From Chloroflexota bacterium (GTDB lineage: Bacteria; Chloroflexota; Dehalococcoidia; Lucifugimonadales; GCA-002723415): a DNA stretch of 64,000 bases. A program made the position numbers and the translations under genes. Positions 50,216-61,096 of the stretch are shown here, piece after piece. The DNA is taken from NCBI GenBank assembly GCA_002721445.1, contig PBKN01000014.1:12988-76987 (forward strand). Direction: 5' to 3'. Below the pieces are notes generated by a model. That model was not told where the DNA came from. It saw nothing but the letters and a program-made list of their open reading frames with translations, and ran no database searches. Position 1 is the first letter of the stretch. Every line of letters begins with the position of its first letter.

Positions 50216-51364
50216 TTACACATTCTTATCATAATCTGTCTTTGCTTTATCTAAAACGGATTGCCTGATTGTTGCAAGTCTATCTTTCATATTCGAAGAC
50301 CATAACTGTGATTTCTCTAAATTCTCAAGTGAACCATTAAATTGAGGGATTACATAACGTGCAATTAATTCATAACTATGTAAGACTTGTTCTCTAGTCC
50401 CCCACTCAGTAACTTGAAACATTATCCCACCTATCCCACCTGATTCTTTCTCCAAATCGTTGATTTTTGCAATTAAATCATCAGGAGTTCCGACAACCCA
50501 AACCCCTTTCTCCACTTTATCATCTACAATATTTTCTATGGGCCCATCATAGTCTAAATCATGACCAATTGTATTAGCAAAATAGTCATTTTGATATTTA
50601 GATGCACCTATTCTTACTTGTTCGATTGCTTCAGCTTTAGTATCAGCTAAATGTACATGCAGAACTAATCGCCACTCATTTCTATCAACTTTCCTATTAT
50701 TTTTAGAAGCAGATTCTTCTACCATATTCCAAAAATCTGCAAGAGTATTTTTTCTCTGTACCCCTCCAGGAGTTGAAGTCAAAGATAGTAGACCTACACC
50801 ATATTTACCAGCTAATACAAAACCAGATGGTGATTGAGCAGCTGCAACCGCAATAGGAAAATGAGGCTTAGAGTATGGCAACAAATGAACTCTTGCTTCA
50901 TTCAAATTAAACCAATCACCATGATAAGTTATAGGTTCATCTTCCGTAAGCAACTTTAATATTATGCCCAAAGACTCATCCATCTTATGTCTTTGAGTTT
51001 TTGGGTCTATCCCTAGCATATAAGCATCAGTTACTAAAGCCCCTGGACCGACTCCTAACATAACTCTTCCTTTAGTTAAATGATCGAGAAGAATCATTCT
51101 GTTAGCAACCATAAGAGGATGATGATAAGGTAAACTAATAACTCCTGTTCCAAATTTTATATTCTTAGTTCTTTCTGCAGCTGTTGCAATAAAAATTTCA
51201 GGAGAAGATATAGTTTCCCAACCAGCGCTATGATGTTCCCCAATCCATGCTTCATCAAAACCTAAATAATCTAACCAAGACATAAGCTCCAAATCACGAT
51301 GTAAAGCTAACGTAGGATTCTCACCCAAAGGATGAAATGGAGCCATAAAAACACCAAATTTCAT
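50216..51364 (-). CDS. LLM-class flavin-dependent oxidoreductase
   Basis: About 382 aa from ATG 51364 (MKFGVFMAP). Also has FDEAWIGEHH and KFGTGVISLPYHHP. The ORF-track GTG at 51370 is two codons upstream. Confidence 0.8.
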   Translation of the reverse strand: MKFGVFMAPFHPLGENPTLALHRDLELMSWLDYLGFDEAWIGEHHSAGWETISSPEIFIATAAERTKNIKFGTGVISLPYHHPLMVANRMILLDHLTKGRVMLGVGPGALVTDAYMLGIDPKTQRHKMDESLGIILKLLTEDEPITYHGDWFNLNEARVHLLPYSKPHFPIAVAAAQSPSGFVLAGKYGVGLLSLTSTPGGVQRKNTLADFWNMVEESASKNNRKVDRNEWRLVLHVHLADTKAEAIEQVRIGASKYQNDYFANTIGHDLDYDGPIENIVDDKVEKGVWVVGTPDDLIAKINDLEKESGGIGGIMFQVTEWGTREQVLHSYELIARYVIPQFNGSLENLEKSQLWSSNMKDRLATIRQSVLDKAKTDYDKNV

Positions 51365-51448
51365 TGTCACTACCTTAAACTAAAAATATTTTTTGTTCAA
51401 AGTTTAACATAGCAACAAAAAAAAAATAATTCAATAAAATACCATAAA

Positions 51449-53152
51449 CTAATTCAAAAATTCTTTAATTTTATTTATAAGATCATCAGTTTTTACAGCT
51501 AAATTATTTTTGTCTGTTCTTTTAGCAACTTCAACAACATCATTTTTTAAATTTCTAGGACTAACTATAACTCGTATAGGAATCCCAAGTAAATCTGCAT
51601 CATTGAATTTAACTCCTGCAGACTCATAACGATCATCAAAAAGAACTTCGAATCCAGCTTTATTTAGTTGAGAGTATAATAATTCAGATTCTGCTGAAAC
51701 ATTTTCATCTTGCATATTTATAGCTATTAAATATACTTGATAAGGTGAAATTGCATTAGGAAAAATGATTCCTTTTTCATCATTGTGCTGTTCTATAACT
51801 GCAGATAACAAACGTCCAACACCAATTCCATAGCAGCCCATTATTATTGGTTTTCTAGCACCTTCTTGATCTGGGTATTTAGCATCAAAAACTTCACTAT
51901 ATTTTGTACCTAATTTAAAAGTATGACCAACTTCTATGCCACGATACATCTTTAATTTAGAATTACAATTTAAACAATATGAATTTTCAGATGACAATGA
52001 TATATCACCCAATAAATCAGCTCTAAAATCTCTTTCAAAGTTGACGTTAAGAAAATGATGATTTTCTTCATTTGCACCAACAACAAAATTGGATCCATAA
52101 TTTACTGAATCGTCAACAATAATTTTTGCATTAACAGAACTTACAGGAGATGAAAATCCTGGAACGAACCCACTATTTAAAACTTCAGATTTGTCTGCTA
52201 TTCTAAGCTGCCGTGATCCACCTAAAATATTTGACAATTTCACTTCATTAACATCTAAATCACCACGAATAACAACCATTAACAAATCAGATTCATTAAT
52301 ATAAAAAACAACTTTTAAAGTCTTATTTTTAGGAACATTCAAGTATGCAGACAAATTATCAATAGTTTTTACATTAGGTGTATATACTTTCTCCATTTCT
52401 AATAACTCAGATTCTTTTTCAATTCCAAAAGATTTATTGGATTGAGCTTTTTCTTCATTTGCTGCATAATTACAAGATTCACATATAATTATTGAATCTT
52501 CTCCTGATTCAGAAATCAATACAAATTCATGGGAATCTTTACCTCCTATAGCCCCACTATCAGCTTCAACTATTATTATATCTAAGCCACATCTTTTATA
52601 AATTTGTTTGTAGGCTTCTTGTATAAGCTCATATTGTTGATCTAATCCATCTTGATCAAAATCAAAACTATATGCATCTTTCATATCAAATTCTCTAACC
52701 CTTATAAGCCCTCCTCTAGGCCTAGGCTCATCTCTGAATTTTGTTTGTATTTGATAAACCAAAATTGGTAAATCTTTATAACTAAGTACATTTGTTTTTA
52801 TTATATTTGTTAATAATTCTTCATGAGTAGGAGCTAAAACTAAATCTCTATCTCGACGATCCTGCACCCTAAATAAATCAGACCCATAAGCATCAGCTCT
52901 ACCAGAAATATCCCAAATATCTAAAGGCTGTAAAACCGGCATTCTAATTTCTTGACCATTAACCCTATCCATTTCTTCACGAATTATAGATTCTATTTTC
53001 TTTATAGATTTCCAAGCAAGAGGCATATAAGTATAAACACCTGATGCAACTTGATGAATCATACCCGATTTTAACATTAATTTATGACTTAAAATCTCAG
53101 CATCTGATGGAGTTTCTCTAGTAGTTCTACTAAAAAGTTTCGACCGCCTCAT
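51449..53152 (-). CDS. proS: proline--tRNA ligase (bacterial type with editing insertion)
   Basis: 567 aa. Has class II motifs (FRDEPRPRGGLIRVREF, GCYGIGVGR) and an INS domain in the middle. Confidence 0.95.
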   Translation of the reverse strand: MRRSKLFSRTTRETPSDAEILSHKLMLKSGMIHQVASGVYTYMPLAWKSIKKIESIIREEMDRVNGQEIRMPVLQPLDIWDISGRADAYGSDLFRVQDRRDRDLVLAPTHEELLTNIIKTNVLSYKDLPILVYQIQTKFRDEPRPRGGLIRVREFDMKDAYSFDFDQDGLDQQYELIQEAYKQIYKRCGLDIIIVEADSGAIGGKDSHEFVLISESGEDSIIICESCNYAANEEKAQSNKSFGIEKESELLEMEKVYTPNVKTIDNLSAYLNVPKNKTLKVVFYINESDLLMVVIRGDLDVNEVKLSNILGGSRQLRIADKSEVLNSGFVPGFSSPVSSVNAKIIVDDSVNYGSNFVVGANEENHHFLNVNFERDFRADLLGDISLSSENSYCLNCNSKLKMYRGIEVGHTFKLGTKYSEVFDAKYPDQEGARKPIIMGCYGIGVGRLLSAVIEQHNDEKGIIFPNAISPYQVYLIAINMQDENVSAESELLYSQLNKAGFEVLFDDRYESAGVKFNDADLLGIPIRVIVSPRNLKNDVVEVAKRTDKNNLAVKTDDLINKIKEFLN

Positions 53153-53197
53153 TAAAAAATCTCTCTTTTATTATTCAATATATTGATAATTTATTAA

Positions 53198-54331
53198 TTA
53201 ATTTAAAGATGCTTCTATCTTTTTTACTTCTTGAGTTAAAGCTTCCAACATTTCTTCTTCTTTTACTACTCTTAATTTTTCACCTTTACGAAATATTATT
53301 GCTCTACCATTTCCAGCAGCTATGCCAACATCAGCATCTTTAGCTTCTCCAGGACCATTAACTTCGCAACCCATAACTGCAACTTTAATAGGACTTTTTA
53401 TTTGTCTCAACATATTATCAACATCATTAGCAAGCTTTCTTATATCTACATCTGCTCTACCGCAACTAGGACAAGCAGCCAAAACGGCACCTTCTTTACG
53501 AAGATCTAATGATTTTAGTATTTCTATACCTGATATAATTTCCTCTACTGGAGAATCACTTAAAGAAACTCTAATAGTATCTCCAATACCTTCATATAAT
53601 AAAACTCCTAATCCTACAGCACTTCTTATACTGCCTGATTTTGCAGTGCCAGCTTCAGTAATACCTAAGTGTAAGGGGTAAGGCACTAAAGAAGCCATTT
53701 TTCTATAAGCCTCCACTGTAGTAGCAACATCAAAAGATTTTAATGATATTTTTATCATATCAAAATCTAAATCTTCCAAAATTCCAATTTCCCACAAACC
53801 TGTATTCACCATATGATCTACAACTGAATATTCTTTATTGCTTGCCTCAGCAAATTTCGGCAACAAATTTACTCCATCTTTGTGTCTTGACATGCCTTTA
53901 GTTTTACCTATTCCTCCTACTGGAGGCAAACTGCCAAAATTGACACCTATCCTTATAGGTATTTGTCTTTGTTTAGCTTCTTCTACAACAATTTTAACTT
54001 TATCTTTATCTCTGATATTACCAGGGTTCAAACGTAAACAATCAACTCCATTTTTTAAAGAAGCTATTGCCAATTCATAATGAAAATGTATATCAGCAAC
54101 CAATGGAATAGATATTTGTTTACGAATTTGACTTAAAGCATTAGCAGCCTCCATATCTGGCACAGCACAACGCACAATTTCACAACCTACATCTTCTAAT
54201 TCTTTGATCTGATTAACAGTAGAAGTAACATCTCTAGTATCCGTCTTAGTCATAGATTGAATACTTATGTTAGCATCTCCTCCAACCTTAACTTCACCTA
54301 TATATATGGGTTTTGTTATACGTCTATACAT
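53198..54331 (-). CDS. ispG: 4-hydroxy-3-methylbut-2-en-1-yl diphosphate synthase
   Basis: I use ATG 54331 (MYRRITKPIYIG), which has GGAG 7 nt upstream. The ORF-track start at 54343 is a TTG. Has the CPSCGR cluster motif. Confidence 0.95.
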   Translation of the reverse strand: MYRRITKPIYIGEVKVGGDANISIQSMTKTDTRDVTSTVNQIKELEDVGCEIVRCAVPDMEAANALSQIRKQISIPLVADIHFHYELAIASLKNGVDCLRLNPGNIRDKDKVKIVVEEAKQRQIPIRIGVNFGSLPPVGGIGKTKGMSRHKDGVNLLPKFAEASNKEYSVVDHMVNTGLWEIGILEDLDFDMIKISLKSFDVATTVEAYRKMASLVPYPLHLGITEAGTAKSGSIRSAVGLGVLLYEGIGDTIRVSLSDSPVEEIISGIEILKSLDLRKEGAVLAACPSCGRADVDIRKLANDVDNMLRQIKSPIKVAVMGCEVNGPGEAKDADVGIAAGNGRAIIFRKGEKLRVVKEEEMLEALTQEVKKIEASLN

Positions 54332-54363
54332 AAATTTCTCCAATAATTAACTATAACATCTAA

Positions 54364-55563
54364 CTAGTAATCAAAAACACTTTTACCATCAAGTATACGT
54401 GAAATATCTAAATATAATGGGAAAAATATAAAAAATACTATTACAAATATTATACCAATTAACATTATGATTTTTTCTCTTTCAGCAGTTAATATTCCTC
54501 CATTAATATATTCAACAATTAATAAAGCAATTCTCCCTCCATCCAGAGGAGGAATAGGTAATAAATTTAGTATTCCTAAACTAATACTTAGCAATGCAAT
54601 CAACTCGATTACAGGAAGAATTCCTTCTTTTGCAACTTCGCCTGTAACTTGTGCAACTCCAATAGGTCCACCTAAAGGAATTGGCCCTCCATTAAACCAC
54701 TGAAAAAATACATTTTTCAAAGTAATTAAAACAGAATAAGTTTTACTTAAAGACATATTCAAAGCTTCGGTAAATGAATAATTTCTGTTAACAGACTTTA
54801 AATTTGATGTCCCAATCATTATACCTAGAGGACCTTGAATAATTTCATCACCTAATAATAAATTCGGATCATATATTTTTGCTCTATCAATTGATACTTC
54901 CGTTGAAGAGTCTATAACTTTTTCAACTACAATCTTAGTTGGCGGATTTAGCCTAGCTAATAAACTTATGTTTGTTGTACTAATATATTCTTGGGATACA
55001 GATATTCCTTTTACATTAGATCCTTTACGTATACCCAAATCCACTTCAGATCCAAGATTTGACATAACCTTTTGCACTAAGTCCATATGGTTATCAATTT
55101 TATCCCCGTTAATACTTGTAATTTGATCTCCAGAATTTAACCCTGCTAATTCTGCTGGTGAACTAGGAGCTACACTAGATATATATACTTCACCAACAGC
55201 ATAATCTCTTGGCAGCATAAATAATATAATAAAAATTAATATTGGGAACAAAAGATTTACTATAGACCCTGAGGATAAAATAATTGCCCTAATTAAAATA
55301 TTTTTTTCTTTAAAATCTCCTTGACCTACTATTTCTCTGTCCGACATACCTGATAATTTAACAAAGCCACCTAAAGGTATATAATTGATTGAATATATAG
55401 TTCCTTTAAAACATTTCCCAAAAATCCTAGGGGGAAATCCTATTCCAAATTCATCTACTTTAACCCCTGATAATTTAGCTGTAACAAAATGTCCAAGTTC
55501 ATGAATTATTACCAAAAACATTATCAAAGGAATAAATAACAACCAATATGAAATTTGAATCAT
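54364..55563 (-). CDS. rseP: RIP metalloprotease RseP/site-2 protease (M50)
   Basis: 399 aa. Has HELGHF in the first helix, a central PDZ-like region, and a C-terminal LLPIPPLDGG motif. Confidence 0.88.
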   Translation of the reverse strand: MIQISYWLLFIPLIMFLVIIHELGHFVTAKLSGVKVDEFGIGFPPRIFGKCFKGTIYSINYIPLGGFVKLSGMSDREIVGQGDFKEKNILIRAIILSSGSIVNLLFPILIFIILFMLPRDYAVGEVYISSVAPSSPAELAGLNSGDQITSINGDKIDNHMDLVQKVMSNLGSEVDLGIRKGSNVKGISVSQEYISTTNISLLARLNPPTKIVVEKVIDSSTEVSIDRAKIYDPNLLLGDEIIQGPLGIMIGTSNLKSVNRNYSFTEALNMSLSKTYSVLITLKNVFFQWFNGGPIPLGGPIGVAQVTGEVAKEGILPVIELIALLSISLGILNLLPIPPLDGGRIALLIVEYINGGILTAEREKIIMLIGIIFVIVFFIFFPLYLDISRILDGKSVFDY

Positions 55564-55567
55564 GAAT

Positions 55568-56707
55568 TCACCTTATCAATAAATCCCCTCGATCACGAGC
55601 GCTATTAGCAGCATCCAAAATCTGATCAATATTAGGATTGAGGATATTATTATGCGAGCTTAAAATTTCTGAAATAAAACTACTAATTTCCAAAAAACTT
55701 ATTTTACCTTTTAGAAAACTTTCCACAGCAATATCATCTGCTCCAGATAATGCTGCAGGCCAAGTTCCACCTTTCATTGCAGCATTAAGTCCTAATTTAA
55801 AACAAGGATAACGTTCATAATCAATATCAATAAAATTAAGTGCTCCAGTGCTAATAGGGTCAAACCTTTTTATATTTTTATTATTTTTTCTGTTTGGATA
55901 CATCAAAGCATACTGAATAGGTAATCTCATATCTGGATTACTAATTTGAGCTTTAATAGATCCATCATCAAATTCAACTAATGAATGAATCATACTTTCC
56001 GGGTGAACAACTACGTCAATTTTTTCCCAAGGTACATCAAACAACCAATGAGCTTCAATAACTTCAAATACTTTATTCATCATTGTTGCTGAATCGACCG
56101 TTATTTTATCACCCATATTCCAATTTGGGTGCTTTAATACTTGATCAGGAGTAAGATTTTTCATTTCTTTTAGAGATGTAGACCTCACAGACCCCCCAGA
56201 TGCAGTAATTATCAATTTTGAAATATTATTATCTTCACCTCTTATACATTGCCAAATGGCATTAGGTTCACTATCAATAGGAAATAAATTCACTTTATTA
56301 CTCTTTACTGAATCCATTAATATATCACCTAACATTACAATAGTTTCTTTATTAGCTAATGCAATACTAACTCCAGAATTAATAGCACTCATGGTATGAA
56401 GAATGGAAACATCTCCACTTGTAGCTGAAACCAATAAATCAACTTCAGAATCCGTAATCATTGTTTCAATATCAGAATATATAGAATCAGTACCATCAAA
56501 TAATTGATCATATGATTCTATTTGATCACAATAAGCAAATTTAGGATTAAATTCTTTAATCTGACTTTTTAATAAATTCTTATTTTTGCCAGCCACTAAC
56601 CCTATGACCTTAAAATGGTCAGAAAAAACCCTAATGACATCTAGAGTCTGAGTACCTATAGACCCAGTTGACCCAAGTAATACTATTCCTTTACGTTTTA
56701 ATACCAT
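55568..56707 (-). CDS. dxr: 1-deoxy-D-xylulose-5-phosphate reductoisomerase
   Basis: 379 aa. Has LGSTGSIGTQTLDV, and later HPNWNMG and VHPES. Confidence 0.95.
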   Translation of the reverse strand: MVLKRKGIVLLGSTGSIGTQTLDVIRVFSDHFKVIGLVAGKNKNLLKSQIKEFNPKFAYCDQIESYDQLFDGTDSIYSDIETMITDSEVDLLVSATSGDVSILHTMSAINSGVSIALANKETIVMLGDILMDSVKSNKVNLFPIDSEPNAIWQCIRGEDNNISKLIITASGGSVRSTSLKEMKNLTPDQVLKHPNWNMGDKITVDSATMMNKVFEVIEAHWLFDVPWEKIDVVVHPESMIHSLVEFDDGSIKAQISNPDMRLPIQYALMYPNRKNNKNIKRFDPISTGALNFIDIDYERYPCFKLGLNAAMKGGTWPAALSGADDIAVESFLKGKISFLEISSFISEILSSHNNILNPNIDQILDAANSARDRGDLLIR

Positions 56708-57531
56708 AATAAAAAATAATACAAAAGTAGTAAGTTTAAAGCAACTGAATCTAATCTATCTAACACACCTCCGTGTCCAGGAAGTATCTCACTAGAATTA
56801 GTTAAATTTGCCCTTCTTTTAAATTTAGACTCTAGAATATCACCTGTTTGTGCAATTATACCAATTAATATACCTAACAAAATAACATATATAAATCTTA
56901 TATTAAGTTCGAAATATAATGACGCTGAGAAAGCCATTATTGAAGCTGCTATTACTCCTGCAATTGCACCTTCATAGGTCTTAGAAGGACTAATTTTTGG
57001 CGCCAATTTCCTCTTTCCTAAAGTTTTACCAAATAAAAATGCACTAGTATCTGATGCAAAAATTACTAACATAACAAATAAAATAATATTTATACTATTT
57101 TCCATATACCTAGCTAACAACAAATGAGACAAAATTCCCGAGATATATATTACGAGAGCAATATTGAATAAATAATCTTTTATTTTTAATTGAATTAAAT
57201 TTGGTTTAAGAAAACAAATTAAAGATATAAATATACCAATTTGAAGAGTTAATATTAGCCAAATATTCTCGTTGAATGAACTTGCATTGAAGTGAATTAT
57301 AGATGTCAATAATACAGATAAAACAACACTCCAAAATGAAGATATATCATAACCCCATAAACGTACTACTCTAGACATTTCATAACTAGCAAATGCGACT
57401 AACAATAAAATTGATATGAAAAATAGATATGAACCTAATATAATCACAGATATGACAATAGGTAATAAAATTAAAGAAGTAACAATACGTTTAATTAAAT
57501 CAAATTTAACCAAGTTTTTTCCTGTTATCAA
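56698..57531 (-). CDS. cdsA: phosphatidate cytidylyltransferase
   Basis: 277 aa with a TTG start. It is a polytopic protein with the C-terminal SKFKRR ... LPGHGGVLDRLDS signature. Confidence 0.85.
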   Translation of the reverse strand: MITGKNLVKFDLIKRIVTSLILLPIVISVIILGSYLFFISILLLVAFASYEMSRVVRLWGYDISSFWSVVLSVLLTSIIHFNASSFNENIWLILTLQIGIFISLICFLKPNLIQLKIKDYLFNIALVIYISGILSHLLLARYMENSINIILFVMLVIFASDTSAFLFGKTLGKRKLAPKISPSKTYEGAIAGVIAASIMAFSASLYFELNIRFIYVILLGILIGIIAQTGDILESKFKRRANLTNSSEILPGHGGVLDRLDSVALNLLLLYYFLLWY

Positions 57532-57550
57532 ATAATTAATTCAAAGATTT

Positions 57551-58267
57551 CTAAGATTCTAATTTTCCAAACCGTCTTACACGTTCTGAATAAGCTTTTA
57601 TAGATTTTTCAATTTCAATTCTTCCAAAATCAGGCCACAATACATCTGTATAATAATACTCTGAATATGCTGATTGCCACAATAAGAAATTACTGATTCG
57701 CATCTCGCCTGCAGTTCTAATTATTAAGTCAGGATATGGAGTATCTTTAGTATAAAGATATTTATTAAATAATTGTTCAGTTATGTTTTCTGGAGAAATA
57801 TTATCTAAACGGATCCTTTTTACTGCATCAATGATTTCATATCTACCTCCATAATCAAAGGCAACATTAACCACAATCCGTGAGTTATTTTTAGTTAATT
57901 CAATCCCATTTTCAATAGCTTTCTTTAGTTTAGAGGATATTCTATCTAATCTACCAATATGCTGAATTTTAACGCCATTATCATTAAGGTCACTTAACTC
58001 TTTAGAGATTGTTTTAAACATAAGTTCCAAAAGCCAAGACACTTCTTTATTCGGGCGGTTCCAATTCTCTGTAGAAAAAGCAAACAATGTTAGGTATTTA
58101 ACATTTAAACTAGCAAAAACTTCAATTATATTTCGAATATTATTAGTTCCAGCTTGATGCCCAAAAATCCTAGATTTACCTTTAGACTTAGCCCATCTAC
58201 CATTCCCATCCATAATTATAGCTACATGGTTAGGTGTTTTTTTAACATTTTCTTCACTGCAAGTCAT
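57551..58267 (-). CDS. uppS: isoprenyl transferase (undecaprenyl-diphosphate synthase family)
   Basis: 238 aa. Has HVAIIMDGNGRWA, LTLFAFSTENW and RTAGEMRISNFLLWQ. Confidence 0.95.
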   Translation of the reverse strand: MTCSEENVKKTPNHVAIIMDGNGRWAKSKGKSRIFGHQAGTNNIRNIIEVFASLNVKYLTLFAFSTENWNRPNKEVSWLLELMFKTISKELSDLNDNGVKIQHIGRLDRISSKLKKAIENGIELTKNNSRIVVNVAFDYGGRYEIIDAVKRIRLDNISPENITEQLFNKYLYTKDTPYPDLIIRTAGEMRISNFLLWQSAYSEYYYTDVLWPDFGRIEIEKSIKAYSERVRRFGKLES

Positions 58268-58285
58268 AATATTTAAATTATACAG

Positions 58286-58849
58286 TTAAACTTCTAATAC
58301 TTCAGTTTCTTTTTCCTTTTTCAAATCATTAACTTGATTTGTAAATGAAGAATAAATGTCTTGAAGTTCGTTTTGTGCACTCTTACTTTCATCAATAGAT
58401 ATTTCTTTATTTTTTTCTAATTGACGAATTTTTTCAATGGAATCTTTTCTACTATTTCGTAATGAGATATGAAAATCTTCTGTTATCTTCCCAACTAATT
58501 TAACTAAATCCTTCCTTCTTTCTTCTGATAAAGGAGGGATATTTATTCTAATCAAATTACCTTCAGCTTTAGGTGTCAACCCAAGTTCAGATTTCAAGAT
58601 AGCTTTTTCTGTATCAATCACTGCTTCTTTATCCCAAAGCTGTATTGCTATAGTTTTAGAATCAGGAATTGAAATCGAAGCAATTTGACTTAATGGTGTA
58701 GATACACCGTAATATTCTACTAATAGCCCTTTAACTAAAGCTGGAGAAGCTCTTCCAGTACGAACCGAGGAAAACTCATTTTCAAGAGAGATAACTGTTT
58801 TTTCCATCTTATCTTTTGTATCAGTAAATATTGTTTTTATTGCAGACAT
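58286..58849 (-). CDS. frr: ribosome recycling factor
   Basis: 187 aa. Has SVRTGRASPALV, IPPLSEERRKDL and a canonical size. Confidence 0.95.
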   Translation of the reverse strand: MSAIKTIFTDTKDKMEKTVISLENEFSSVRTGRASPALVKGLLVEYYGVSTPLSQIASISIPDSKTIAIQLWDKEAVIDTEKAILKSELGLTPKAEGNLIRINIPPLSEERRKDLVKLVGKITEDFHISLRNSRKDSIEKIRQLEKNKEISIDESKSAQNELQDIYSSFTNQVNDLKKEKETEVLEV

Positions 58850-58882
58850 ACTTACACACCTATAATTAATAGAAATTAATAT

Positions 58883-59626
58883 TTATTCCGATGTAACTAG
58901 AGACCCTATAGAATCTCCTAAAGCTATTTTTTTTAAACTTTCTGGATTAAACAAGTCAAAAACAATCAAAGGTAGATTATTATCCATACACAAAGAAAGT
59001 GCAGTTGAATCCATAACACCAAGCCTCTTCTGTAAAGCTTCAAAATAAGTCAAAGATTCAAATTTTATTGCTTTAGGATCTAATTTTGGGTCAGATTCAT
59101 ATATACCATCAACATCATTTTTAGCCATCAAGACCACATTAGCATCTATCTCAATAGCACGTAAAGCTGCTGCTGTGTCTGTAGACATAAAAGGGTTCCC
59201 TGTACCTGCGGCAAATATAACTACCCTATTTTTTTCAAGATGCCTTATTGCTCTTCTTCTGATATATGGTTCAGCTACCTCAGTAATATTTAAAGCACTT
59301 TGTATACGAGTATCTATTTTATGTATTTTTTCTAAAGAGTCTTGTAACAATAATGCATTAATTACAGTTGCTAGCATTCCAGCATGGTCAGCTGAAGCTC
59401 GATCCATACCTTGCATTTCAGCTTCAGAACCTCGTATTATGTTACCTCCTCCAACTACAATACCAATTTGAACTCCTAAATCAAATATATCTTTAATCTG
59501 ATTAGACATAAATGACAGAACAGAAGAATCTATACCATAATTTTTTTCCCCTCTAAAAGATTCTCCACTTAATTTAAGTAGAATTCTATTATATTTCAAA
59601 GGTTTTGAGGGCACAGTTTTATTCAC
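58883..59626 (-). CDS. pyrH: UMP kinase
   Basis: 247 aa with a GTG start. Has [18 protein letters not shown] and [13 protein letters not shown]. Confidence 0.95.
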   Translation of the reverse strand: MNKTVPSKPLKYNRILLKLSGESFRGEKNYGIDSSVLSFMSNQIKDIFDLGVQIGIVVGGGNIIRGSEAEMQGMDRASADHAGMLATVINALLLQDSLEKIHKIDTRIQSALNITEVAEPYIRRRAIRHLEKNRVVIFAAGTGNPFMSTDTAAALRAIEIDANVVLMAKNDVDGIYESDPKLDPKAIKFESLTYFEALQKRLGVMDSTALSLCMDNNLPLIVFDLFNPESLKKIALGDSIGSLVTSE

Positions 59627-60122
59627 CTAACGCAAAACGCGAAAACCTTCTAATACGTATATTCTCTCCTAGCTTGCCAACTGATTCGTTAACTAGAGTT
59701 TCAATATTTTTAGAAGGGTCTTTAATAAAGCTCTGCTTTATCAAACAAACTTGTTCAGGGTCTTGGGAATCATCAAATTTAGCGTCAGATTCATCAACAT
59801 ATAATGGAGACATAGCAGCAACTTGCATTGATAAATTATGAACTAATTCTTTAAAACCTTCAGTTCTGGCAACAAAATCAGTTTCACAATTAACTTCAAC
59901 AATTGCACCTATTTTACCACCAGCATGAATATATGATCCAACAATACCTTGTTCAGTATCTCGTGATGATTTTTTTGCTGCCTTAGCTATACCTTCTTTT
60001 CTTAGAATTTCTTCTGCAAGGTCAATATCTCCAGAAGCTTTTTGCAAAGCCTCTTTACAATTCATAATACCAGCCTCTGTTCTATCACGAAGAATTTTAA
60101 TAGATTCAACTATATTTGCCAA
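59619..60122 (-). CDS. tsf: elongation factor Ts (short form)
   Basis: 167 aa with a TTG start. Has a UBA-like N-terminus ([16 protein letters not shown]) and CETDFVA. Overlaps pyrH by 8 nt. Confidence 0.9.
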   Translation of the reverse strand: MANIVESIKILRDRTEAGIMNCKEALQKASGDIDLAEEILRKEGIAKAAKKSSRDTEQGIVGSYIHAGGKIGAIVEVNCETDFVARTEGFKELVHNLSMQVAAMSPLYVDESDAKFDDSQDPEQVCLIKQSFIKDPSKNIETLVNESVGKLGENIRIRRFSRFALGE

Positions 60123-60158
60123 CTTTTTTTATCCTTATAAATCCAAAATGAATAGTAA

Positions 60159-60977
60159 CTACTCTTTATTAGCTGATGACTCAGTAACATTTTCTTCTAA
60201 ACTATCAGAAACTTCAGCAGAACCAATTAACTCTTCAGTCATTTCTATATCTTCTTTATTACTAGCAGCACTCACACCTTCTAAATAGGCGTCAGCTAAT
60301 CTACTTGTAACTAATTGTATAGATCTAATAGCATCGTCATTTCCAGGTATAGGGTAATCAATATTCTCAGGATTTGAATCTGAGTCAACTAATCCAACAA
60401 TTGGAACCCCAACACGCTTAGCCTCAGAAATTGCTATATGTTCATTCCTAACATCAATAACGATGATTGCCCCAGGCAATTCTTTCATTTCTTTAATACC
60501 ACCTAAGAATCGATTCAATTTATTAATCGATTCTTCTAATTTCAATGATTCTTTTTTTGTTATCTGATCAAATTCCCCTTTTTCTTTCCGTTCTTCTAAT
60601 TCATACAAATAATCTATTCTTTGTTTAATTGTTTTAAAATTAGTTAAAGTACCTCCAAGCCAACGTGTAATTACATAGAAAGCCCCAGAACGAGCAGAAT
60701 CTTTTAGTATTGAATCATGAGCCTGCCTTTTAGTACCCACTATCATAATCTTCTTACCTTGCGACCCTATTTTTGAAATAAAATCAGCAGATTTATCCAG
60801 CATACGATATGTTTGACGAAGGTCAATTATATGTATACCATTTCTTTGTGTAAATATAAATGACTTCATCTTAGGATTCCAATGACTCTTTTGATGCCCA
60901 AAATGGACACCTGCATCATATAAATCTTTCATAGATGTAGAATTTACAACTCTATCTTGAATTGCCTCTTCAACCAT
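60159..60977 (-). CDS. rpsB: 30S ribosomal protein S2
   Basis: 272 aa. Has AGVHFGHQKSHWNPKM and an acidic C-terminal extension. It heads the rpsB-tsf-pyrH-frr array. Confidence 0.95.
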   Translation of the reverse strand: MVEEAIQDRVVNSTSMKDLYDAGVHFGHQKSHWNPKMKSFIFTQRNGIHIIDLRQTYRMLDKSADFISKIGSQGKKIMIVGTKRQAHDSILKDSARSGAFYVITRWLGGTLTNFKTIKQRIDYLYELEERKEKGEFDQITKKESLKLEESINKLNRFLGGIKEMKELPGAIIVIDVRNEHIAISEAKRVGVPIVGLVDSDSNPENIDYPIPGNDDAIRSIQLVTSRLADAYLEGVSAASNKEDIEMTEELIGSAEVSDSLEENVTESSANKE

Positions 60978-61096
60978 ATCAACCTTTCATTCATTTTCCG
61001 GGTTTAGAACATAAAAATCCACACTAAATCATAGCATAAATTCCAATATGATTCAATGATCAAATATACTTAATTATCAATTAACAGTTATATAAG